A stretch of 63,000 bases of DNA, the filler included, from Choristocarpus tenellus KU-1152 (taxonomy: Eukaryota; Protista; Phaeophyceae): NCBI GenBank assembly GCA_964200185.2. It is 9 parts of 9 records of this genome, joined end to end, with 100 filler letters (N's around TTAATTAATTAA, not from the genome) between each part and the next. Parts side by side here need not be neighbours in the genome. Positions count along the whole stretch, not along the records: positions 13,908 to 43,787 come from CAXNAD020000098.1; 8 more parts are not named here. One strand, written 5' to 3'. The notes beneath the pieces are model-generated. The model had not been told where the DNA came from and made no database searches. It was given only the letters and a program-made list of their open reading frames with translations. Made by a program: the position numbers and the translations under genes. Below are positions 25,801 through 37,579 of this stretch, piece by piece (within the stretch, counting starts at the first letter, position 1; every line of letters starts with the position of its first letter).

Positions 25801-26195
25801 GAACAGATTTGTGTGATTTGTGTGATTTGTCTGGGGCACCAAAGGCGCAAAGAATCAGAAGTCCACATACGTACTCACCAATATATTAGTACAAACATGT
25901 TCCATTCATCAGATCAATGAGCTGCAACATTAATTTATTACTGTCTTCTGCCTTCATGCTGCCCAACCCTAACTCACAATATGGGGACAGTGTCAAGAAC
26001 CCAGCAGCAAGGGGTCTTGCCCAGGGTGGCAGTGCGCATGGCCTGGGCACTGCAGCAATGGTCAATGAGCCTACAGCGTTTGCCTTCTCAGCTGTGGCAA
26101 TGGCCCTAACGGCCACTGCATCTACTGTCCTTGTAAGCATTCCTGTGGCGCGCAAAGCCTTGTTGTCAGTGGCATTGGGTGCATCTAGTCCCTGA
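16129..26195 (+). CDS. PLGG1: Plastid-targeted LrgA-LrgB fusion membrane protein, PLGG1-like glycolate/glycerate transporter (525 aa)
   Basis: Exons 16129-16283, 16687-16744, 17512-17707, 18609-18693, 19560-20081, 20785-20868, 21848-21943, 24358-24534, 25991-26195, all phase-consistent. Motifs FPSSLAGM, RWLPVFFVPSLVVLPL, HPLITC, GAGDILLGFLGPSVLSFA, PRNITSPLA, VVVTGVIGANFG, ARGLAQGGSAHGLGTAA. Exons 1-2 are less certain than the rest. Confidence 0.9.
21644..21828. repeat. 17-bp minisatellite (AACACTATAGATTGTGT)n, about 11 copies
   Basis: Direct tandem units ending about 20 nt before the exon at 21848. Confidence 0.95.
22772..22852. repeat. (GATA)n microsatellite
   Basis: Directly visible. Confidence 0.95.
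23081..23270. repeat. 12-bp minisatellite (ATGATAGTAGGT)n, about 16 copies
   Basis: Intronic tandem array; explains the IIPT/MIVG/YLLS ORFs. Confidence 0.95.
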
Positions 26196-28834
26196 GGCAC
26201 TTCTTCTCATTGTGAGATGCTCTAGGAGTATGTCTATCTTGTTAACTGTTGATGAACTTGGCTGGTTAATGACACATTTATTCCTGAGAAGGGCAAGAGG
26301 TGTCTGTTCTGTCTCCTCTTCCATACTTACATACATGGGTTGGAAGTTTTTTAGGTGATGGTTTTCCTACAAGAGATGTTGCAGATATTTGGTACAGATC
26401 TAAGGAGGCTATTTACATCTCATTAACTGTGGCTCTTCTGTAGAGCCAAAGGCCCACAGACAGCGGTTTCAATGATAGAGTGGACACTTGGCAGTAGGAC
26501 CACTTCATTTCATCCAACTGAGCTATGGTGTAGTTTGTTGATTTTTTTTTGTGTGAGTGTATGTAAAACTTCTCCATTTGAAGGGCAACAAATTTGCTTA
26601 CACAAGATCATGATGGAGAGACCCAAGAGCCCTGGTCAGGTTCTGCTTATTTTTTGTGTGACAGGTAGGACAAGGTTTGCTGAAATGGGCAAGTTCGACG
26701 CCCATTGGGCATTTCTCAGGTCAACATATAAACCTGAATATTTTTTTTTAGAGGGTGGCACTGTACCATACTTCTTGGAATCACCCCTACAGCACCTTCC
26801 CTGGTGTAGGTTCATGATGATGTTAACGATGAGAAGGAGAAACCTTCGTTGGAACATGCATTTTGAGAGAAACAAGCTGCTTTAAGAATACCCAGAGCTC
26901 TACTTCAAATAAATCAGGTGATCTGTACCTTCAATTGGTATTGGACAGATAGATTTCAATTGGTTTGATTGGTATTTCGATTTTAAAGCTCTGGTTAGCA
27001 TGTACTGCTGTTAATGTAGCTGCTCTTGAGAATGACAAGATCATGGTATTTTAGAGGTGAGGCAGGCAAACAGTTGAGGTGATGTGATTTCAGTGGTTAG
27101 ATGGATACGGACATGAAGTTAATAGGTTTGGATGAGTAGACATAGCATTGATTTAGCACAGTGAGTTAGAACTCTTTATGAATAATTTGAACTGCTCACT
27201 ATACCTACCGAATAACGTGGACTGGATATCCTTCAACAATAATACCTTGCTTAACACTCCACACACAAACCAGCCCAACCATGTGCAATCGTGGCACCTG
27301 GTTAAAAAATATAAAATAATATCATACTGTAATTTATTTTCTGTTATCTTATTTCCGTGATTCATACCTTCTCCAACGACACAGAGGTGCAAATCAAATG
27401 TCCACATTATTTATCTACTCTAATTTGTATCTCTCAGGCAGGGACCAAGTGAACAAAATATTGAACCCTCAGGGCCATTACAGGTTGTTGCAATCAAAGA
27501 TGAAACCATCCTCAGGCACTGACTGCTCTACCAAGAATGTCGCGATTTAGCATTTGTCACCTCCCACTCAAAAGAAAAAAACAATTTATTCTTTAGCTAG
27601 AATGGACCTCTCTTACTGGTTGCTGTTCTCATTCATACACTATTGTACTATAGACATATACTATGGCACTGTACCTACCACCATGACAAACCACTGCTGT
27701 AGACCAGAGGTGTTGAAATTGTTAGGTCATGTTTTGCAGTCATTAAGGATATGTTTTTGTAGCAACTGTTTACAAGAAATGTAGTATCATATCATCATGC
27801 AATAAATTGTTTTAATCATATGCTATCACCACAAGAGATTGGTGACCATATCAACCAGTCATATTATTCAGCCAGAAATTGAAGATAATCTCTGATTTCA
27901 ATGCAGTCATTGTCACAGCCTTGATTTCTACTCTGGTAGTGTCAAGGAACACCAGAAGATAAAAAGTGCAATACACAATGCACAAACAACATACCCACCC
28001 TACCTACCTACAGTTGGGAAAAAATTATTGCTCAAAAATGCTGTACCCAGAGGTAGTATGTCACTCATGCAACCTCGTCAAAACAATGAAGCATAACTGG
28101 TCCTTGTACAAACAAAAGGTTGTTTTTCACAGCTATTAATAGCTGCAATGGTTGACCTGTGCATCTTGCAGAGGTGAAGGCACATACCAAGCAACAATCA
28201 ATTATCACAGCCACAAAGAAATAGATCACTTTAGTGCAGTCACCAATTTCAACTACAAATCTGAGATTGTTTGTCCCTTTGGTAAAGTAAGTAAACATCG
28301 GGGGGTTGGTAAAGCAGTGCTAACATGTAACATGTAACATGTAACATGAAAACATCATGCCGTCATTGGCTTCTTTTACAGTCATGACCATGCTGCTAAC
28401 CAAACCATCAGTGTACTTACACAACATACATCCTGATTGAAGCTGTACGCCATTTGCACCTACATCATCAATACACCATCAATCATATCATCCCATAGTT
28501 GAGCAGCTTACTCCATTCCCTGTCAAAAGCTACCACTATTAATTCAATTGATTAGTATTTACAAAGTTCGTATCAATACCTCTTATAGTCCTCCCCTCCC
28601 CTTGCCAGTCATACCAAAATACATGCACAGAAGATAAAAAACAATTATCAAGCAAAGTAAAATGCATTGCAATTGAGGCTATAAAATAGGTTAGTTCCAG
28701 TGTAGGTATCAAATACCCAAACTCTCAAAATAACACCTCCCTCAACAAATTCCCCCCCCCCCTTCACCAGAGATACAACAACAAAGAAATACCCTTCATA
28801 TTGCATGTATATTTTATCAGTAGTCTGCAAGTAT

Positions 28835-31800
28835 TCAGCTGATGAGATGGGGCACATAAAGGTATATATCTTGTAACTGAGCACCCGCAGATCCAAACGA
28901 TATACCAAGAGTACTTAGCAAGACTGAGTCGTCTGTCAACAGGACACCTCTGGTACGAAGAGCTAACTGACTTGGAACAAATGTATCAAGATCACGGCAC
29001 CTACCACACCACATCACATTAGATCACATCACACCACATTGGAACAGAGCAGAACAAAGGTGTAAGGTGGTAAGAAGGTAGATGAAGCAGCACTGATAGG
29101 TATAGTTGTATCATGGATTAAACAAATGCTTCAAATATCTAGTGTATCTAGTGTATATACTGCTGGCATTGGTGTATCGAATTTTATTGAGTTTGGTATA
29201 GTTTGGTGTAGTTTGGCTGGCTGGTCTACGAGTACGTAAGCATCACTCTCTATGAAGAAAAGTGGACAATGAAGGGATAGCCTTGTCACAATAGACTAAC
29301 TCTACAACACTACAACACTTACGCAGCCAGTCGTGTACAAGCACAGATATTTCTACAGCATTGAAATGTGCATGACCTAGTACCATGTACACACTTTGGG
29401 TGACAAAAGGTTGGCCATCCAGGTCTCTACAAACACTGATCCACACTGTCACTGCCATCACTGAGGGATGGGGCACCTGAATTTCATTTTCATCAAACTG
29501 TATACTATAAGTAAAACTATTTATACATGCACAAGCCCAACAATAATAATAAAACAAGTTTACTTTCTGCACAATTTAGAAAATTTGCATTTTCATCTTT
29601 ACGCAAACACTAATTAAAACAAACAACACATGTATTACTACTACTGATACAGTTCATATGTTTGTAATCAACCAATGCCCATCAACGAAGATGTAATCAA
29701 CCACTGGAGTCGCCTATGGAACGAATCAACATAACAAAAATATAATAATAATACAACAATAATAAAAAAAATATTATTAAAAACACTGTACGTACCCAAT
29801 TAGCTCCTCTTTCAACCTGCCAACTGTGGTTGTGATTGGATCTAGACCGTCAATGCGGTGGATAACCTAGAAAACACACACACACACCAAACAACCACAC
29901 AGCATGGGTCAGGGTCAGGGTTAGGGTTAGCAATCAATACTCCCCCACCCTTTCAAATACACCACTGCATCACCTCACACAACATGGTCTGGCAATTGAT
30001 TATGTCGCCTGGAATAAGAGGACCTTACCCTCCCCATTCCTTTCACAAGTCATGTCAAAACTGATATGTGCATCAGTGTATTTCAAAGGTTGCATACTAC
30101 ATTCTTCTTCCACTCCACCCCTTTCACATACGGCATTGGCATTATTTCCATCAGATGAAACACAAACTGCATGTGTTTTTGACACAAGACCATACCTCGA
30201 AATAAACATTACAAATACACAATAGAAACAGTTGCACTTCAACAAACCACCTACCACAGCCCTTACCCTAACATGTGTAAAAGAGTGAAGATAAGATTAT
30301 GCATGTACCTGTGCATCTGATGTCTCAACAATAATGTTTCGATCATTGGGGTGCCTGTGGTTCTTAGGTTCCCACTTTCTCCTGGTTCCCAACAGGCCAC
30401 TAGAAAAAAAAAGAATAACAAGGAGCACAAAGTACAGGTAAGGAAAGGTAAGGTACCATAGATTGGGTCGAAACAAACCTCGATTCCCAAGTATCAAATA
30501 TCATAGAGATAAAATATCAACTATCAATAGAAGTGGTGCAAATATGCAATTATTGCAATTGTTCCTCCACTGTTGCATTGCTTGTCAACCGTTTTGAACA
30601 CTCTTTGCAACTCTCCTATGATATGTTACATACACAATAATAATAAAAATAATATCACAGCACACAACTTTGAAGGAAGGATGCATGCCTGGTCAATATG
30701 ATACAAAACCCTAACCCTAACTGCAATAAAAAGGGTTAGGGTGTGTCAAGCAAATAACAAACACTTAGAAATCCACTGATATGGCGATTAGGATGCACTT
30801 GAATGATGGATCAGCCGCAGACCATAGACATGCCTTCCACCAATAGACAAACTTCTACCTCTGGCTCCCTATACTCAGACAAAACAAAACCATGCACATG
30901 CACCTAGAGATTGCTGGGAAGGAGACAAATGAATCAGGCCTCTGCATCAGCTGAACTACCTCACCAGGCACGCTGGGAAGTACAATCAAAGGATACAATC
31001 CCCTGTCATCATCAAAACGTACATTTCGGAAAGCGATACCCATGCAAACGCCTCCAGCAGGGAGGGGGACATTGGGGACACAAACAATAGCAGCAACAGT
31101 TACAGGAATGGCATCAAACATCAAATGGGGTGCAGTTGTGATAAAAGAGATGTAACTGATGGGTATTAAATGAGGAGCAGGAGTAGAGTAGAGTAGAGTA
31201 GAGTATGACATGGACAGGGTGGTGATGGTGGCTATTGTGCCTGTTGTGCCAAGGGCAAGACAAAATTTAAGTATGATACATACGTATGTACATGATGCAC
31301 ATGATTCTGATCCTTCTCATACAATGATACAATGATGCAATGCGGCATTTCCTCTCTTGCAGACTAGGTCTAAATGACACATTTAAGTGCTCTAGGTAAT
31401 TTCGATATAAAAATAATATTAAAATTTGAATGTTCTCGGTACGACCTGTTAGGGTTAGGGTAAAGGGTTAGGGTTTTGGAAGGAGACATCAATTTTGTAC
31501 ATACAGTATCAGTCAGGTACATCAACCAACCCTTCAGAATCCCTAGGTGTATGTTGTATGTATTAAAATCACTTTGATGCATGCCACGTCACATCCTGGT
31601 TGGTTGCCTCAATGGGGTACATTAGTCAGACTGTAGCAGCCAGACATTTCCTTCCATTGTTTTTTTTTTCTGGTGCTAGAGAGATATCAAGATAAAAGTA
31701 TTGGGGTTCATACATGTCAGAGGTATTATTATCTATGTTTGTTTATCTTGATCAAACAGGGAAAGTACTTATCACTCAAGACACAACCCCACTAGCATCA

Positions 31801-33620
31801 GTAATTAAATGAAATAAGGACCACAATATGACATCATCATCATAATTATTATTATTACAAAAAACAAAAAAACAGAAACGCAGATTTGCACCTCGAAGCT
31901 CATTAAACTGACTCTCTGTACCCTGTACGCAATGCAGGCGGCCTGTTTTGCTCCCCTCATCCCTAACACTAACACTAACACTAACCATACTCACTAATCA
32001 GGGGAGTGTTAGTGTTGATGTTAGTATCAATAGCATTAATAACTAATCACTAATAACTAATCACAAAAGATATGACGACGTTCATGTTAAGACCAAAACA
32101 AATCTGTCCTGCGACAGAGGAGGTATTATATTTCCACAGAATACATTGCACATGAGATTAAACTTGTAGATGGAAGCTTCCTCACCCTGGAGGAAGAACG
32201 ATAAAGAGGAGGTTCTGGTGTCCAGAAGAACCCCAACGACATTCCCTGTTTGTAGCTTACATCCATAGCCACGGATGCGACCTTCGTGAAGCGCCCTTCC
32301 AAAGCAATCAAACAACCAGCACTGACCCACAGGGGGATATACAAACAAAAGTGATCTATTGAAGATAAGAGGAGGGGAGAAATGTCGCCTTGGAAGTTAA
32401 ATTGTCGATCTGTGCACCATATCTTCGAGTACTTAGAGATAGGTAGCTTTGACACTTTGAAGAGAAAAACGCATTTAGATTTGAGTGATATCAAGCTTTG
32501 AGCCCCTTGGGCAGATGCATGATTCCGGTATAGAGCTGAAACTAGAGTTGTGGTAGTGTGAACGACCAGCAGGCCTTAAGGAGAAGATCACCAGCACTGA
32601 AGAAATACGTACAGAGTTGAACCTCAATGGAGTGCATGAGAGAGCATTGTTGCAATTCAATTCCAGCAGCATATATATGATTGTAGTTCATTGTGCAACA
32701 GCCATAGAAAACTGGTCACAACTATCAGGAGGTCAGTAGTAAAGCATTCATAATGATGAAAAACACCACCTTGCAATCAAGTCTTGATAATTCCCTACTT
32801 TACCTCTTCTTTGTTGATCCCTCCCATCGACATGCAGTCTCGAGATCCAACCCCCACTTCCAGACGCACGCCTGAAAAGTTCTCCAACTTTACCTCCCAG
32901 TAGCATGTGTGGACATCTTGAAGAGAGGCATGCCATCGGCCAGTAATGGGGGCAGAGGGGTAAATTTCAGGGGTCAGCAAACACACCCAAATCTGTGCAT
33001 TCTTTTGTTTTTCTCGCGGTGTTAGGGCTCACACATACCGATTCTCTCTTTGCCAATGAGAGCGCCCATGCCTGGGCGAGCAGACTTGCGGCATATCCCG
33101 GTTATTTCGTCCACATCAACCACGTCGGCATTGCTCCCGTGCGCCTCGTCCAAAGTCGGTCTGTGGCGGTACCGGACCCAAGAAGTCGGTCAATCAATTA
33201 ATGTCCAAAACATGGAATAGTGAAATAATACTGTAGAAACAACAAATGAGGGTGAGGATACCAGAGCTGACGCGGCAAGCCTCCTCCCTTCTTCCTCTTA
33301 CCCAAGAGGATACACCATCTCTCCAGAAGCAAACTCCCTCTCCAACTTTCGCAGTGAGTAGCAAACACTCCCCACGGTTACGACATCTCTTTGATCAAGC
33401 ATGCACACCAGATACCTGAACAGGGTCATGGGTACAAAGACACACGATCGGTGTCAGAATGTAACTGAACGCAGTCTAAATTTGTCTTAACAACACACGA
33501 CGTTTGGGCATGTATGAAAGTACGATACATATAGAGGGGCGATAGTTATCCTCCTTACCGTCGAATCTTCGATAAAATATCTGACCTTTGAACTTCCCAG
33601 GTCAGGTCCGGAAGGCGCAT
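28835..33620 (-). CDS. F-box-like + SPRY(B30.2) + C-terminal ubiquitin-like protein (340 aa)
   Basis: Exons (minus) 33620-33559, 33415-33302, 33160-33039, 32916-32804, 32321-32186, 31051-30904, 30399-30309, 29866-29796, 29000-28835; 1023 nt, every phase matches, in-frame TGA upstream of the ATG. SPRY motifs YWEVKL, EVGVG, GYGCKLQTGNVVGVLLD, SLSFF, GVCMGIAF, LYPLI. The F-box and Ubl assignments are pattern-based. Confidence 0.82.
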
Positions 33621-34019
33621 GATGGCCCAAAGCTTCTCCTCTTTTCAAGGAGAAGTGTCTACTCTCCCCTAGTATGACGCCTTCAGTTCTTCAGTTTGCA
33701 ATCTGCTCCTGGGGCGAAGTCCAGTTCAGTCGGTGGAGTTTCCACAGTCCAGTCCAGATTTTGGGAGGGGGAGTAGTCACTCACCTCAGCCCACAGACTA
33801 CACTATAATATACGTTGTTGTGATGACACAACAGGCAGAAGTACTGCTGCTGTAATACTTTCATGGTTTGCCAGTAAGAGAAAATCAATAATACTATACT
33901 CTGATTGGGTGCTCCAAACCTGTTGTTGGGATTACGGTTGTTGAGAAAAAGTGAGTGGTTGGTTGGAGGGTGGGAGACACTCAGATCCATCAGGCCCCAC
34001 GGATTACTGGTAGTGAATC
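33621..34019. promoter_or_regulatory. Probable bidirectional promoter / 5' UTR region
   Basis: Divergent ATGs 400 nt apart; candidate minus-strand UTR intron 33784-33709 (GAG|GTGAGT...CCCCAG). Confidence 0.5.
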
Positions 34020-36407
34020 ATGGTTAAGGTAAGGATGACTCGTGTGCGACAGGGGGTATTTCACTGCAGCAAAAAAGCGTCTTTGATAAACTCGAAGTTG
34101 TATACCGTAATTTTGTTGCTCTTTTTCTCTTCATGGCATGTTTGTTGAGGAGAGTCTAAAGTCTCTCAGTTATGTATTTATATGGTGAAAGATGTAGGAG
34201 ATAGCCTAAATCCCATTCTATTCCTTCGATGTAGAGGGTTGAGAAATCAGCATCGTTACAAAGCTCGGTAACTGGCGGAATAAGGCGTGAGAAAGGATGA
34301 TCAGGTCCTAGATCATGTCGGGAGGGAGGCTTGTCGTGCCATGGAGAACCAACTAATAGGTGATGGTGGCACCTACGGTTATTAATTTATCTGAAGATAG
34401 GCATCAACAAAGCTTACCTCTCCGACCAGTACTTCCAGTTGGTCTACCCAAGTTTGCCTTCCCTGTCCCTCGTTTATAACGTTTGACGTGGAGGTTTGGC
34501 ATTTTTTGTGCGTGGAGGCTGTGTGTCTCTTCATGGGAAAAATGATTCTAGGAATGTTGCCGTTGGTCTACGTAGCTTGCTGAAATATCTATGATGCATA
34601 CTCCCCAGACAGTATTACCACCTGGTACTATCGCTCGTCTGTTACTCCGCCGGAGTACACTCCATTAGTGTAGAGTGTTTAGTTGCATAAATTACAATAT
34701 CAAACACTCGTGCCACTTTCTGGGCTCGCTTTGTGCACAATATTTTGGATGAACAGCAAAAGCACCACACTGGGCGCAATGCCACCTTCAAGGACCACGC
34801 ACGTGGTATCAAGAAGGCCCCCAACCACAAGTACAAGAGCCTTAAGGGGGTGAGAGTCCGCATCTATCGTGTCATCGGCGATTGGGATGTTCTTTGTTGC
34901 TTGTGCCTTAATTTTGTGGTGTAGTTACAACTATAGCCTTGAAATAGCAACCTATCTGCTGCTACATGTTTCTCTGTGACCTTTCATTGCCAAGAACATT
35001 AGAAAGAAGAGTGTCCCCTACCATCTTAGGGAGGTCTCGAAGTACTTACGACAATCAAGACATGCTGGCACCAATATTCTCTTCGTTAGAATGCTAGGTG
35101 GTCTAATCCTGCTGACGAATAGTTCAAAGCATCTATATTGTTGTATTTTTTATGTTTGATGTGTGCACCAACCAAACACTATTTATTTCAGTTGCTGTTC
35201 ATTTGTCTTAACTATCAAATGATAATGTACTCCTGCAATCGCCCTTGGCTACCTCATTTGGTACGTTAAACAACTGTTCGAGAATTCACATTTTAAATGG
35301 CGATTAGTTAAGTTCAACTGTCATCGTGAACAGGCTTCAACAATGTATTAATTATTCTCTCTAGACAACAATGGGCGCATTAGTTGTGCCATGTGATCGA
35401 TCTATGCTGACACCACACGTCTCCCTATCTGGATGCCCTTGTTGCATCTACTTCTGATTTGAAACATGTCCTGTTGGTGCCCTGCTGGATGTCTTGGAAT
35501 TGGATATGGTGCGTATGGACTCTCTCTTCCGTACCTATGCAATGAAAAGATGGACCCTAAGTTCCTCCGGAACCAGGTTAGTCTTCCCAACCAAAGTTTC
35601 TAAATTGTGGTAGTCAACTTAAGGGGTGTGTACTTCAAAATCGGTTGATATTTAATGTTTACTTCAATTTTGTTCCACATTCTGAGTGGGACACTGCTAT
35701 TTGAAAGTGATGAGTTGAACTGCGCACAGTATTGTATTTTTTTTTTCGGTAGAATTGTTGTGGTGCTGTTGCCTGGGTTGAGAGTTCTCTCTTCCTTGAC
35801 ATATCCTGTAAGTTCTGTTTCCATGATCGACAGTTGTAGAGCTGATCTGTGAACAGGGCTGAAAGTGATAGAAATTGTGTAGGCATTTTACGCATACGTT
35901 TGGGTATTCATTGAAGATTCTACTTTATGCTCCCAAACCCTTTCCCTGTCATGAACTGAGAGTAGGGGTGGGTTAGCTTGAGTTATTGCTTATCGTGGGT
36001 GTCCAAGTGGTGACTGATGAACCCACTTCAAGATGAAGATTATGGGCAAGTGTTCGATTGAGAAGATACAAATCTTCTGCGAACTGTAGATTTCTCCTTG
36101 AACTGGTTGCTAGCTTATCCAAGTAGTTGACTTGAATCAGGGAAGGGGTAGTAGCTCATTCTGATTTGTAGTACAATCAGAACTTGGGTTGTGGTGAGGA
36201 GTCCATGTTGTGTTCAAAACGGTGTAGTATACATGTATGACTGCATGTCAGAGGATTTCCCCTACTTGGATACTAACAAGAGTTGAGATGTCAGCCTCAG
36301 TTGATTGATGTCTTACCACATAACTTCCTCCCTTTGCCCACCCTTTAATGCAGCGCTTTGCCAAGAAGTACAACAAGTCCAAGAGGGAGGCACCAGCCGA
36401 TGCATGA
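34020..36407 (+). CDS. RPL29: 60S ribosomal protein L29 (eL29), 60 aa
   Basis: Exons 34020-34028, 34757-34849, 35550-35576, 36354-36407 give [60 protein letters not shown]; GIKK and [18 protein letters not shown] are eL29 signatures. Confidence 0.95.
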
Positions 36408-37579
36408 GCTTTTGAGTCACTATTTGAAGGAATTCTGTGTCCACCTGTGAACCCCTGTAGTTCTCACTTGCCAACAATGTTGAAATAGCGATACATTTTG
36501 CATTGCAGGACAGAGAGCAGGGTACAGGTTCTGCTGAGGCTTGAGATGATCTGATCTGGCATGGTGACTGTAAATTTTATGTGGCTCTGGATGGTAAAAT
36601 GTTGTAGATGGTAGACTTAACTAGGATATCTCAACCATTCACCAGCAGATGCACCAACAGCATTCGTGCACATAATAATAACAAATTGCTTTGCCATATT
36701 CCAGCTGCTACATTGGACAATGAAAAACATAATCCTCTACTCTGAATACATAGTGAACATAGGTTGATCATGGTGATCATTGGCGTGTATGTGCATCAGT
36801 GTTGTCCATGATACTTGTTTTCCTCTTTATGCTGTTTATTCTCAAAATTGTCTCAGTGTGATGTCTCAGGATTGATGTAAATAGACTTTTTAAGAGAACA
36901 ATTAGCCAACCCTGGCACATTGTTCACGATTTCATTTGCACCAAGGATGTATATTTGATGTAAGATATCCTTCTCTATTAAAGAAATGGTTTTTGGTTCA
37001 ATGCATATATCAAAAGTAAGGGACCACTACAAAACACCTGGCTCTGTGAATGATCTGTGAGCATAAATGTCGCAAGCTGTTACGCTAAGATGGTCAGGTC
37101 CTACAAATGAGGTCATATGTGTGAGTTGAAGTAATTGATGTGTGTTTTGAAATCCAGTATGTGTTTAGGTTTGAATAATCTAGAGCTGTCCACATTAAAA
37201 TTTGAGACAACCAACTCCAATAGTGCAGAATGTTGATGACTACTCTTAGAGGGTGCACAAGGTCTTTGTTTTGAGTTGAAGTTGGTCTCAACACTGGTTA
37301 GAGTAGAGTGACATGCAAGCCACTACCTAAGCTGTCTTTCACTCCTTATATTATGCAATACACAATACACAAAATATGCTTCAGCTACAACAATAAGCCT
37401 GGACTGACTGCGACATAATATTTTGCTCTCAATGGCAAGTAACCTATGTGGTAGGTGATAAGTGAACCAGCTACTTTATGTATTTGTAAATGTGTACGCT
37501 GCCACTCCTGACAGTAGTATCTTCTGTTGCTCCAATGTATGTGCAACATCCTCTGACTGTGTAATGGATGTGTGTGGGT

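Noticed and set aside
34029-36353. snoRNAs in RPL29 introns
   Set aside because: Some TGATGA/CTGA boxes exist, but I found no convincing terminal stem or long rRNA-complementary guide; a covariance-model search is needed.
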